From a virus, in IMG/VR virus record IMGVR_UViG_3300026484_000351, positions 1 to 64,000 of that record: a DNA stretch of 64,000 nucleotides. One strand, given 5' to 3'. The position numbers and the translations under genes are program-made. The notes under the pieces were generated by a model. The model was not told the DNA's origin. It ran no database searches and worked only from the letters and a program-made list of their open reading frames with translations. Every line of letters begins with the position of its first letter. Positions within the stretch are counted from its first letter, which is position 1. Below, in pieces: positions 52,405-61,793 of this stretch.

Positions 52405-53076
52405 ATGGAAAAAAGAAATGCTAATTCAAAAAAATATAATATATTAAAAAATGGCATAATAATTGAAAATAATATTTATGCCAAGGATGTAAGAAAAATA
52501 TCTCAAGCGTTAATTAAAACATCTAAAGAATTACCATTAGGAAATTCTAAAATTAATCTTATAGCGTTAGACATTGATGATTGCATTCTTCCTAGTAATC
52601 AAAATTATTTTGGGAAAACAACAGACGCTTTAGAAATTTTTGAAATCAATCTTAAAAGACTTGTAATGATTTTAGAAAAATACAATTTAAAATTATTTAT
52701 GACATCTAGTTGGTATCATTTATATGAAATTGAAGCAGTTTCAAAAGGTAATTTAAAACCAAAAGACTCTACTTTAAAACAATTTCAGTATGATAAAGAA
52801 ATTAAAAGTGCTCATAATCTAATGGTAAAATATATTGAAAAATATTTTATTGGTATGAGTTCTGGAGATAGGAGCCAAGATATTATAAATCTTTTACAAA
52901 ATGAAAAATATGATAAAATTATTGTTATGGATGATTGGGACTTACAAAAAGAATGTAATTTATCAGACAGAGCATTGTATATTCCAATGTACGGTTATAT
53001 AGATGGAAATGTTGGATTTATGATACACAAACTAATAACAGAAAATAAGAAAGTGGCAAGAAGAAGTTATTACTAA
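52405..53076 (+). CDS. HAD-domain protein fused to a homing-endonuclease remnant
   Basis: ALDIDDCI, MTSSW, R...I and VMDD motifs; N-terminal ...KELPLGNSK resembles ...EKPLGNSK of the HNH at 27333. Confidence 0.75.
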   Translation: MEKRNANSKKYNILKNGIIIENNIYAKDVRKISQALIKTSKELPLGNSKINLIALDIDDCILPSNQNYFGKTTDALEIFEINLKRLVMILEKYNLKLFMTSSWYHLYEIEAVSKGNLKPKDSTLKQFQYDKEIKSAHNLMVKYIEKYFIGMSSGDRSQDIINLLQNEKYDKIIVMDDWDLQKECNLSDRALYIPMYGYIDGNVGFMIHKLITENKKVARRSYY

Positions 53077-53255
53077 TGAAACAGCGAAATTTTACAAGAT
53101 AAAGCAGAAGTTTTAATATTTGTTATTGAGGACTATGAGGTTAGTAAATAACCAAGTGAAAATATTAAATGCCGGGAGTGAAAGCATTTGTTGAGAATGT
53201 TAGAGAAAATGTATTCCCATAACCATCTGTTGTGGAGATGTAAAAAGGAAATATA

Positions 53256-53648
53256 ATGGATTTTTGGTTAGAAATACTTGGATTAGTAGGATTTGCAATA
53301 GGATATAGCGTTCCTTTTACTTGGGCTATAATTGCTTTAGTTTGTTTTATACTTATGTTATTTAGGATTAAAGATGAAATGGCAAAAGCAATAATCGCCG
53401 AATTAGGCAAGTATTTGTTTATAGGTATAGCACTCGGAAATGGTTGGACTTATTATCAGACAGAACCAGAATTAGTCTTAACTAATTCTGGTACGGCTCA
53501 AGAGCACCCAAAACATTACAAAGTTATTGATGGTGTTGTTTATGTTAAAGCAACAGATATTTCAGAAACAGTAGAAATTAAAAAAATAGAAAAGAGCACT
53601 TGGGAAAATTTAAAAACTTGGAAACCATTTGCAAAAGAAGGAGAATAA
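53256..53648 (+). CDS. Membrane protein
   Basis: Hydrophobic N-half. Confidence 0.6.
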   Translation: MDFWLEILGLVGFAIGYSVPFTWAIIALVCFILMLFRIKDEMAKAIIAELGKYLFIGIALGNGWTYYQTEPELVLTNSGTAQEHPKHYKVIDGVVYVKATDISETVEIKKIEKSTWENLKTWKPFAKEGE

Positions 53649-53947
53649 GATGGATAAAATCTCAACTAGAAGAAAGATCTGTACAACTATAATTTTAAAA
53701 TTAGATAGCAGCGAAATAGGAACTTTGCCAGGTGTAAAAACATTAGATAATTATTACTGCAATTAAGGATTGAGTTCAAGGATGTGGTGTTCTCAGACCA
53801 CGGAAGAATTTGTGAGGTTAAGGATAAAGATTTTAAAGACTAATTTTTATAACAGAAATTCTCACTAATTAGCAAAAACGAGCAGTTAAATATAGATAGA
53901 ACGCTTAATAGGATATTATTTAGAAAAAATTAATTAAGGAAAAAGAA

Positions 53948-54625
53948 ATGAACAAGGATATATTAGATAGAATAGATGAAAATACTTGGATAATTTCAGA
54001 TACGCATATAGGTCACGGTAAAGAGGGAACGGGTATTTTGTCCTTTGAACCTGGTAGATTAACTCAAATGAGGGTTGATGGATATAAAGCAAATGAGCAT
54101 GATAAATGGGTAATTGACAATTGGAATGCTAAAGTAAAGCCAGGAGAAACTGTTCTGCATTTAGGAGATTTTAGTTTTAAGGCGGTTGCTGATAACATCC
54201 AAAAATTAAATGGAAACATTATCTTAATTCTCGGGAATCACGACGGGAAAGGAACAGAACAAAAATATCAAGGAGTTGAAGCAATTAAAGGTTTTTACTT
54301 TGAAGATGAAGTAGGGTTATTAAATAAAATTTATAATCCAATTCCGAATGATAGAATGCTATCAGGATTAATTAAAGAGATTAATGGCGAAAAATTATTA
54401 TTTTGTCATTATGAAATTCATACTACTGATCCTTGGGATTATCAAAACAAAAGAATAGCACCGAGAATAGAGGTCCTTAAAAATATTTTTGAAAATCATA
54501 AATGCAAATATAATATTCATGGACATACACATTCTAGTCCTAGTAGTACTAATTTTTCAAAAAATGTTTCGTTTGAGCAAATAGGATTTGCTCCAATTAG
54601 ATTAGGAGAATTACTTAGCAAATAG
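53948..54625 (+). CDS. Calcineurin-like metallophosphoesterase
   Basis: SDTHIGH, HLGD, GNHD, CHY and HGHTH motifs. Confidence 0.92.
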   Translation: MNKDILDRIDENTWIISDTHIGHGKEGTGILSFEPGRLTQMRVDGYKANEHDKWVIDNWNAKVKPGETVLHLGDFSFKAVADNIQKLNGNIILILGNHDGKGTEQKYQGVEAIKGFYFEDEVGLLNKIYNPIPNDRMLSGLIKEINGEKLLFCHYEIHTTDPWDYQNKRIAPRIEVLKNIFENHKCKYNIHGHTHSSPSSTNFSKNVSFEQIGFAPIRLGELLSK

Positions 54626-54673
54626 TTAAGTAATTTTTTAGTATAATAATTAATATAATATAAAAGGAAGAAA

Positions 54674-55180
54674 ATGAAAGACTTATTAACTTTTGAAGTA
54701 AAAGAAGTAATGAGAGAAAATGCACATTCTCTAGTGGAAACGTTAATACTGGAGGAAGTACCATTTAGGATAGTACTTTGGAATAACGACAATTGGGATT
54801 CTCCATTACCCAAGAAAATAATGGAAACATTTCCTAAACAATTAGTTTTAGATATTAAAGAAATGGCACTAAGAACTTCCTACTTAAATGAATCAACAGG
54901 TGAAATAATTCTAAGTACAGCTTTTGAAAGTAGAGAATACAGTAAAATTTTACACTATGATGAAATAATTGCTGTTTTAGACCTTAAAGGGCAACCATAT
55001 CTATTAAACAATTTTCCTCAAGATACTGTTAAAGACATTAAAACCCTTTTTAGAGAACCTGCAAGTAAAAAAGAATGGATAGAAATAGCAACTAGCGGCG
55101 GGATAACTGCAGAAGCTGCAGAGAGAAGTATTAGTGCTTTTATTAAACATAACCCTAATCTTAGCTATTTGGACAAATAA
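54674..55180 (+). CDS. SspB-like (ClpXP adaptor fold) protein
   Basis: PLP..I...FP..LVL.I......I.L...F......L.Y.EI.AV.D pattern recalls SspB-fold proteins; recognised by eye only. Confidence 0.5.
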   Translation: MKDLLTFEVKEVMRENAHSLVETLILEEVPFRIVLWNNDNWDSPLPKKIMETFPKQLVLDIKEMALRTSYLNESTGEIILSTAFESREYSKILHYDEIIAVLDLKGQPYLLNNFPQDTVKDIKTLFREPASKKEWIEIATSGGITAEAAERSISAFIKHNPNLSYLDK

Positions 55181-55534
55181 TAGGAACTTTCGGTTAAGCA
55201 CCAGATTTAGTTGACATTTTAAATATAGTAAATGAATCAAATTTTACATTAGGTAAAGAACTAGAAACTGTTATCCTTTGAAACTACCTAAAATAACAGA
55301 ACTAAACAAAGAAGAAATATAAGTGTTCTTTTACACTCTTGTAATGTAAAAACTTAAGAAAGTAATCTTAGTGAAATACTAATTTAATATAATATTAAAG
55401 TTAATATGTTATAATTATATAAGTAAATAGATTTGATACAAATAATAAGATCGAAACATTTTTCTTATGTTTGTTAAAAATCATATTTAGAGCGGTAGTA
55501 AGTTACCGATATACAAAGACAATAAAGGAAAAGA

Positions 55535-56419
55535 ATGAAAATTAAATTTTTAGGAAGTGGCTCTGCATTTACATTAGCAGAAGAAAATTATCAAAGTAAT
55601 ATTTTAATTAGTAAAAATATTGAGAATTTTAAAGTATCTGAACAATGTATAAATGGTGGGCCGACTATTTTAGAAGATAGAAAACAAACAAAAAGACTCC
55701 TTTATGATGCAGGGAGCTCAATAGCAGAAGCACTAAATGCTTATGATTTAAAACCCCAGGACTTGGATTCAATTTATATTTCTCATTTACACGACGATCA
55801 TGCTGGTGGTATTGAATATATTGGCTTCAAAACTTATTTCGAAGTACATCAGTTTGGAGAAACAGTATTTGGATCTATGAAACCTAAATTAATTGGACAT
55901 TCTGATATTCTTAGAGAAGGTTGGGACACTTGCTGGAAAGGCGGACTTCAGTCAATTCAAGGTCAAACAAATTCTTTAGAAACATATTTTGATACAAATT
56001 ATATGCCGAATAATGGCACTTTTGATTTTTATGGTGCAACAATGATGCCTATTCAAACAGTGCATGCGGTTGATAGCCGAAGAATAGTGCCAAGTTATGG
56101 TTTAATGTTTATTGAAAATAATACAAAAGTTTTTATCACTGGAGATACACAATTTGCGCTAAATTTAATGATTACATATTATATTCAAAGTGATATTATA
56201 TTCCATGATTGTGAATTAATATTTGAAGAAAAAGATGGATATAAAAATGGAGTTCATGCTCAATATTGGCAGTTAAATACTCTAAGTAAAGATATTAAGA
56301 AAAAGATGTGGTTATACCATTATTCTCTTAATGGTAGAACTTATGAAGAATGCGAGGATAGAGTTATAACTGATGGTTTTGCAGGTTTAGTAAAAAGAGG
56401 ACAGGAGTTTGAAATATAA
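55535..56419 (+). CDS. Metallo-beta-lactamase-fold hydrolase (RNase Z/phosphodiesterase-like)
   Basis: FLGSGSAF, DAG, SHLHDDHAGG, TGDT, HDC, VHA and LYHY motifs. Confidence 0.9.
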   Translation: MKIKFLGSGSAFTLAEENYQSNILISKNIENFKVSEQCINGGPTILEDRKQTKRLLYDAGSSIAEALNAYDLKPQDLDSIYISHLHDDHAGGIEYIGFKTYFEVHQFGETVFGSMKPKLIGHSDILREGWDTCWKGGLQSIQGQTNSLETYFDTNYMPNNGTFDFYGATMMPIQTVHAVDSRRIVPSYGLMFIENNTKVFITGDTQFALNLMITYYIQSDIIFHDCELIFEEKDGYKNGVHAQYWQLNTLSKDIKKKMWLYHYSLNGRTYEECEDRVITDGFAGLVKRGQEFEI

Positions 56420-56937
56420 GATAACTAAAGGAAAAAGTTAAAAAATATTTACAAATAAGTTGATAAAAATTATCCAGAAATACTAATATAATCTCACTTT
56501 TTAATCTTGTTTTAAGATTAATATGTTATAATATATTATAACAAAGGATTAAAATGTCAGATTTTATTATAGATATAACTAATTATATATCAAGTTTAGA
56601 GGATATTAGTTCTGAAAATGCACAAAATATTGTGTTTAATATAAGTGAACCAGAAATAAAAAATATATTAAATATAAAGGTTTTAGAAAATGTTTAATAA
56701 ATCACAAGATAAAAGAAACTTAGTGATTGCATTAGCAAAGTTTAATAGGATGTATGCACAAGTTACAGTTCAAGAACGAACAACAGATGAGCTTGAAACA
56801 GTTGCTAATTATGGCAAAAATATGTTAAAATTATTTTTTGATTTCTTTAAGAATGAAGACGAAATATTAAGTAAGGTTAAGACTTTACAAAAAGCATTAC
56901 AAACAAGAAAAAATAAAGGCCAAGAAGGAATTAAATA

Positions 56938-57123
56938 ATGAAAGTAGCAAATACTACAACTTTAGGAACGGAAACAAATCCAAATATATCTATGAGTTAT
57001 GGAGAAATAGCGAAAGAATTAGGTATTACAGTTAAAGAAGTTAAAGACGCAGAAGCAAGTGCTTTTAAAAAAATAAGACACCCAAAAATTGGGAAAGCTT
57101 TTAAACAATACTTAGGTTTATAA
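56938..57123 (+). CDS. Stand-alone sigma70 region 4-like protein
   Basis: MSYGEIAKELGIT...EASAFKKIRHPKIG resembles the RpoD C-terminus. Confidence 0.8.
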   Translation: MKVANTTTLGTETNPNISMSYGEIAKELGITVKEVKDAEASAFKKIRHPKIGKAFKQYLGL

Positions 57124-57376
57124 ACAGCTGTAAAGGAGAGAAAATGAAAAAAGGCAATATGGTCATTTATATAGATATTTCTAATAACACTTTAGAAAAT
57201 GGAAAAGAATATAAAATTAATAAAGTGCTTAAAGACGGGGCACTTCAAGTTGAAATTGTTACTGGTTTTGCGGGATTAACTTCTGATAGATTTAAATTAG
57301 TAAAATAGTAATTTTATTATTTTAACTTTGTTTTAAGATTATTATGTTATAATTAAGTATACAAAAAGGATATAAA

Positions 57377-58336
57377 ATGTTTATCAGAACACAATTAATG
57401 AACCAATTTAAAAATGAAGTATTTAAAAGAAAATTACAAGGCAAAGTAAATACATTTATTAATATTTCAGCACAGAACTTAAATGAAACTATATTATATG
57501 CAACAAAAAGTCAATTAATTGAATTAGAAAATGATGAAACTCAATTATGTAAATTATTAGAAGATCTAATTATTACTTTTAAAAATAGAAAAACATCAGT
57601 ACAAAATTTTAATAGTAATATGGGTCGAGATTTAAAAAATACTCAGGTTATTGCAGATACAACAGTTCAGAGAATAATTAAAAATTCAACAGAAGTCACA
57701 AAAGAATTAGCAGGTATCCTAAAAACAATTAGTTCAAATTCAGTTATTGTTGGTGGCTGTGTTAGAGATGCAATTCTTGGAAGAGAAGCAAAAGATATTG
57801 ACTTTGCTACAGATGCTCATTATGATAATGTAGAAAAAGCTGTTTCGTCAAATGGTTTTAAAGTAAAAGAAGCAGGAAAACAATTTTTAGTTATGATTGT
57901 TAGCAAAACAAATACAGAAGGCAAAACAGAAGATTTTGAAATTGCAATGTTTCGTAAAGATGGAAATTATACAGATGGTCGAAGACCAGACAGTGTTGAA
58001 ATTGGTACAATCTATGACGATTCTAGGAGAAGGGATTTCACGATCAATTCCCTTTATTTTAACCTTACTACTCAAGTAGTACAAGACCCAAACGGAACTG
58101 GACTACAAGATTTAAGTGATAAAGTCCTTAGATTTGTTGGAAAAGCAGATGATAGAATCAAAGAAGATAAGTTGCGTGTAATGAGGTTTTATAGATTTTT
58201 AGGAAGATATAAAGACCTTGAAATGACGGCTGATAACAAAAGTCTTAAAGCATGTAGAGCTAATTTTGCAGCAATGCAATCAAGTGTAGCACCTGAAAGA
58301 CTTAAAATGGAAATAGAAAAAATGGTGGGATTTTAA
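57377..58336 (+). CDS. cca: CCA-adding/tRNA nucleotidyltransferase (class II, short)
   Basis: VGGCVRD...DIDFAT, RRDFTINSL and EDKLRVMRFYRF motifs. Confidence 0.88.
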   Translation: MFIRTQLMNQFKNEVFKRKLQGKVNTFINISAQNLNETILYATKSQLIELENDETQLCKLLEDLIITFKNRKTSVQNFNSNMGRDLKNTQVIADTTVQRIIKNSTEVTKELAGILKTISSNSVIVGGCVRDAILGREAKDIDFATDAHYDNVEKAVSSNGFKVKEAGKQFLVMIVSKTNTEGKTEDFEIAMFRKDGNYTDGRRPDSVEIGTIYDDSRRRDFTINSLYFNLTTQVVQDPNGTGLQDLSDKVLRFVGKADDRIKEDKLRVMRFYRFLGRYKDLEMTADNKSLKACRANFAAMQSSVAPERLKMEIEKMVGF

Positions 58337-58337
58337 A

Positions 58338-59039
58338 ATGAATTTAGATACAGCACAAATGGAAACAAGAATATTAGTAAAAATACTTACTACCCCAACA
58401 AGTGATTATAATAGTGTTAAAATTATTAAAGATGAAATTTTAGGATTATATGTTTACGGTTCAAAATTATGGGGAACTAATAATGAAAATTCCGACTCAG
58501 ATTATGCAGTTGTTTTAAGTGATACAGCATCTGTTTGGAAATTTTATGAAAAACAATATGTTCAAAGTGAATCTGAGGATGTTGATATTCATATTATGTC
58601 CGAAAGTTATTATAAAAATTTGGTTATAGAATGTGATGAATTTGGTTTAAGTTTATTTGTACAAGAATATCCTTTAATTAAATATGAAACTGATATTGAA
58701 TACAAAGATCTAAGTTTGCAGAATCTTAGAAAATCATTTAGTTCAAAAGCAAATAATAGTTATGTAAAGGCAAAGAAGAAACTGATAGACGGCGAAATAA
58801 ATATTGCTTATAAAAGTATGTATCACAGCCTAAGAATTTTAGATTTAGGAAAAGATATTGCTACTGCAATAAAAGAAGAAGGAAAGATATATGATTTAAC
58901 AAGTTATGGTGAAAATATCGAATACATAGCAGACTTATTCGAACAGCAATATGAAAATTGGGATTATATTCACAAGATATGCAAACCTTTATTTAATGCT
59001 TATGCAACAGAGTTTAGAAAAATGGCTCCAAAAGCTTAG
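58338..59039 (+). CDS. Pol-beta-superfamily nucleotidyltransferase
   Basis: YGSKLWGT...SDSD; KSMYHSLR. Confidence 0.8.
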   Translation: MNLDTAQMETRILVKILTTPTSDYNSVKIIKDEILGLYVYGSKLWGTNNENSDSDYAVVLSDTASVWKFYEKQYVQSESEDVDIHIMSESYYKNLVIECDEFGLSLFVQEYPLIKYETDIEYKDLSLQNLRKSFSSKANNSYVKAKKKLIDGEINIAYKSMYHSLRILDLGKDIATAIKEEGKIYDLTSYGENIEYIADLFEQQYENWDYIHKICKPLFNAYATEFRKMAPKA

Positions 59040-59049
59040 GGAGGATAGA

Positions 59050-59772
59050 ATGAAAGAAATATTTAATGTTATAATGGGCTTTTTTTACATTATAGGCGAT
59101 TTACTTAAGCAATTAGTCTTAATTATTGTCGGTTCAGTGACAATGTTTTTCACAGAGAATAGAAAAAATAATGCGTTTTTACGAATGTTGGGACAGAATT
59201 GTTTTCTGAATTTATTCGTAACAGGTTTTATATTATTTTGGCTAATAGGGCATATATCTGTAATAGCGGGGTTAGTGGCAGTTATCCTTTGGTTCTTTAT
59301 ATTTACAGAAATAAGAAAATATTTATATTTTAAGTATGTTAATGAGAATGAATATACTGACGAATATGATATATTGGGTCGTTTTTCCTTAGGTGTAACA
59401 TTATTTTTAACAATACTCGTAAGTAATATTAACAGTGCCTATAAATACCAAGAAGTTGGTAGTTACGCATTCAAGAAATCAGATTTTGTTGGAAAGAAAA
59501 CAGAACAATTTACTGTAGAAGAAGAAAGTGGTGAGAGTGTTAAAAAAAGTAGAACTGTTCCTTATTATTATATAAAGAATACAATGGTATTAGACGGACA
59601 AGAGAAAAAGGTATATGTCAAAGGTTGTAAGGATGCAGGCAAATATAAAATACTTGAAGAAACGCTACCAGTAACTTATATACCAGGTGTTAAGTATGCA
59701 TATACAAGTTTTTATGCTGAATGTTCATCTATGTATCAAAAATATAAAAATATTGAAAAGAAGATTAAATAA
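59050..59772 (+). CDS. Multi-pass membrane protein
   Basis: Likely start MKEIF after GAGGA; several TM helices. Confidence 0.6.
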   Translation: MKEIFNVIMGFFYIIGDLLKQLVLIIVGSVTMFFTENRKNNAFLRMLGQNCFLNLFVTGFILFWLIGHISVIAGLVAVILWFFIFTEIRKYLYFKYVNENEYTDEYDILGRFSLGVTLFLTILVSNINSAYKYQEVGSYAFKKSDFVGKKTEQFTVEEESGESVKKSRTVPYYYIKNTMVLDGQEKKVYVKGCKDAGKYKILEETLPVTYIPGVKYAYTSFYAECSSMYQKYKNIEKKIK

Positions 59773-60356
59773 TGAAAGCGTTTTTAGGATTATTTTTAGT
59801 AGTATTTGATTTATTAAAAGGATTGGGGATACCAAATTTAGGAAAGAAAATTAAACATTTTTTTCTTGTTCAATCCTGGTGGAGATTGTTAATTATATTA
59901 ATATCTGCAGGTTGCATAGGGTTTGGTTATAATATATTTGGTGCAGGTATTTTAATTGGTGTTACTATTTGGTATTTAACAGAAAAACAAGAACAATATG
60001 CCAAAAAAAGAGGTAATTGGAATACTGTAGAAAGAAATGACCATTTTATTATTCCCAGTATTTTATCATTAGTTACTATGATAATCATACAAAGTGTTTT
60101 GGTTTATAAAGCGGTTCCTAAATATGAGGTTATTAAAAATATTACTTTAAATGAAAAAACAGTAACAGAAAAATCTTATGTTTATTTAAATGTAAAAGGC
60201 ACATCTGTAAAATTAGACACCGGAAGTAAATGTAAATGGGGTCAGTCAACTGAACTTTATAAGGAAACAAAAGATGTTTTTTGGTTTAACCCAAATATTA
60301 TAGGCAAATATTATTTAAATTGCAATAGACCAATGAAAAAATATACAAAGATTTAG
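59772..60356 (+). CDS. Multi-pass membrane protein
   Basis: TM helices; similar layout to the preceding gene. Confidence 0.6.
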   Translation: MKAFLGLFLVVFDLLKGLGIPNLGKKIKHFFLVQSWWRLLIILISAGCIGFGYNIFGAGILIGVTIWYLTEKQEQYAKKRGNWNTVERNDHFIIPSILSLVTMIIIQSVLVYKAVPKYEVIKNITLNEKTVTEKSYVYLNVKGTSVKLDTGSKCKWGQSTELYKETKDVFWFNPNIIGKYYLNCNRPMKKYTKI

Positions 60357-60570
60357 AAATGATATATAAAGTTAGAAAATTTGATACAGATGAATTGCTT
60401 CTTGAATTTCTTGAGAAAAACATAGGAAAAATAGATATTATTTCAACTCATAATACACCTTTTCAAGAAGACAGAAGATTTGGTGGTAGTTACCGAGACA
60501 TATACACCGAGAGTGTAAGAGTTTCGGTGATATATAAAGAAATTTCAGAAATTAAAAGAAAGGAAATATA

Positions 60571-60933
60571 ATGCAAGAGTTTGGATTTAGCACAATTGAG
60601 GCTTTTCCAGAGCCAAAAGCTAAACTAACAAAAAGGACTATTATTGGATATTCTTCGCCAAAAATGTTTTATACACCAGATGAAATAGAGCAGGACATCC
60701 CAGTTATTAAATTAGCATTTACGAATAACAATGTTATAAAACTGTTTTTAAGGGAGTTTTATAAACCAACTGATATTCAAATTATACAATACTTGTTGAC
60801 TTATAAAAAAGTTATCTTAACAAACTGTGAATATGAGTTTGTGTATGTACAAGAAGGCCAAGAGGAATTATTCCTGGAAATGTATATGGGAATAAAACAC
60901 GAAGAAAAACAAAAATTTAAAAAATATATTTAA
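60571..60933 (+). CDS. Hypothetical protein with KKYI C-terminus
   Basis: Ends KFKKYI. Confidence 0.55.
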   Translation: MQEFGFSTIEAFPEPKAKLTKRTIIGYSSPKMFYTPDEIEQDIPVIKLAFTNNNVIKLFLREFYKPTDIQIIQYLLTYKKVILTNCEYEFVYVQEGQEELFLEMYMGIKHEEKQKFKKYI

Positions 60934-60942
60934 GGAAAAGAA

Positions 60943-61197
60943 ATGACAGCAGAAAATTTTACATATTGGTTACAAGGGTTTATGGAAGTACAAAATCCAG
61001 AAAATCTTAATAAAACGCAAGTTCAGATTATCAAAGACCATTTGGCTTTAGTTATGACTAAAGTTACACCAGATAGATATAAGTCAGAAGAAAATGACAA
61101 TGTAGATGAAATAGGGGAAGAAGCAGGTCAGTATGCAGAAGATTCTTCACTTCAACCTGACATTATTCCTGATTGTTTTCCGGATACAATTTGCTAA
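60943..61197 (+). CDS. Conserved phage protein (F.YWLQGF.E family)
   Basis: FTYWLQGFME...QVQIIKDHL.LV. Confidence 0.6.
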   Translation: MTAENFTYWLQGFMEVQNPENLNKTQVQIIKDHLALVMTKVTPDRYKSEENDNVDEIGEEAGQYAEDSSLQPDIIPDCFPDTIC

Positions 61198-61296
61198 GCA
61201 CGAGGTAAAAACAACAAATGGGAGAGGTGCAGTTTCAGGAATTGCTTAAGAAAAAAACATAATAAAGTAAGATTAAATAATACAAAGGATTAAAAA

Positions 61297-61782
61297 ATGA
61301 CAGAGTCAAGCAGAATAGTAGATTGGAATGAAAAAAGAGGGTTAATCAAAACACCAGAAGATATGGTAATTGAAAACGAAATGAGTTACGTTGTTGAGGA
61401 AGTTATAGAGTCTATGACAGCAATGACATCTAAAGAAGCAAGACCATTTGCAAGAGCAATCTGTTTAGCAATTAGAAATGGTAATATAAAAATATTAGGG
61501 CACTTAATTGATGAAAATGAACTAACAGTTTCTCAAGATGGGAGTGATGAAGTTATTGAACCTACAGGAGAACAAATTGCTGATGCTTGTGGAGATATTA
61601 AAGTATTCGCAACTGGTACAATTAGAAAAGCGGGCTATAACCCAGACATTGTAATGGATGAAGTACAAAGAGAAATAGATTCAAGAATAGGCAGAATCGA
61701 AGATGGTAAATTTATAAAAGACTCTTCACCTGAAGCACAAGCAAATTGGTATAAAGCTGATTTTACAAAAGCAAAAATATAA
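61297..61782 (+). CDS. MazG-like dNTP pyrophosphohydrolase
   Basis: EEVIE...DACGD...G; S...GKFIKD. Confidence 0.7.
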   Translation: MTESSRIVDWNEKRGLIKTPEDMVIENEMSYVVEEVIESMTAMTSKEARPFARAICLAIRNGNIKILGHLIDENELTVSQDGSDEVIEPTGEQIADACGDIKVFATGTIRKAGYNPDIVMDEVQREIDSRIGRIEDGKFIKDSSPEAQANWYKADFTKAKI

Positions 61783-61793
61783 GGATTGTTTAA

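Noticed and set aside
60943-61197. C-terminus FPDTIC as a PE-tail member
   Set aside because: Asp instead of Glu and Cys at the end; far from the cluster; not counted
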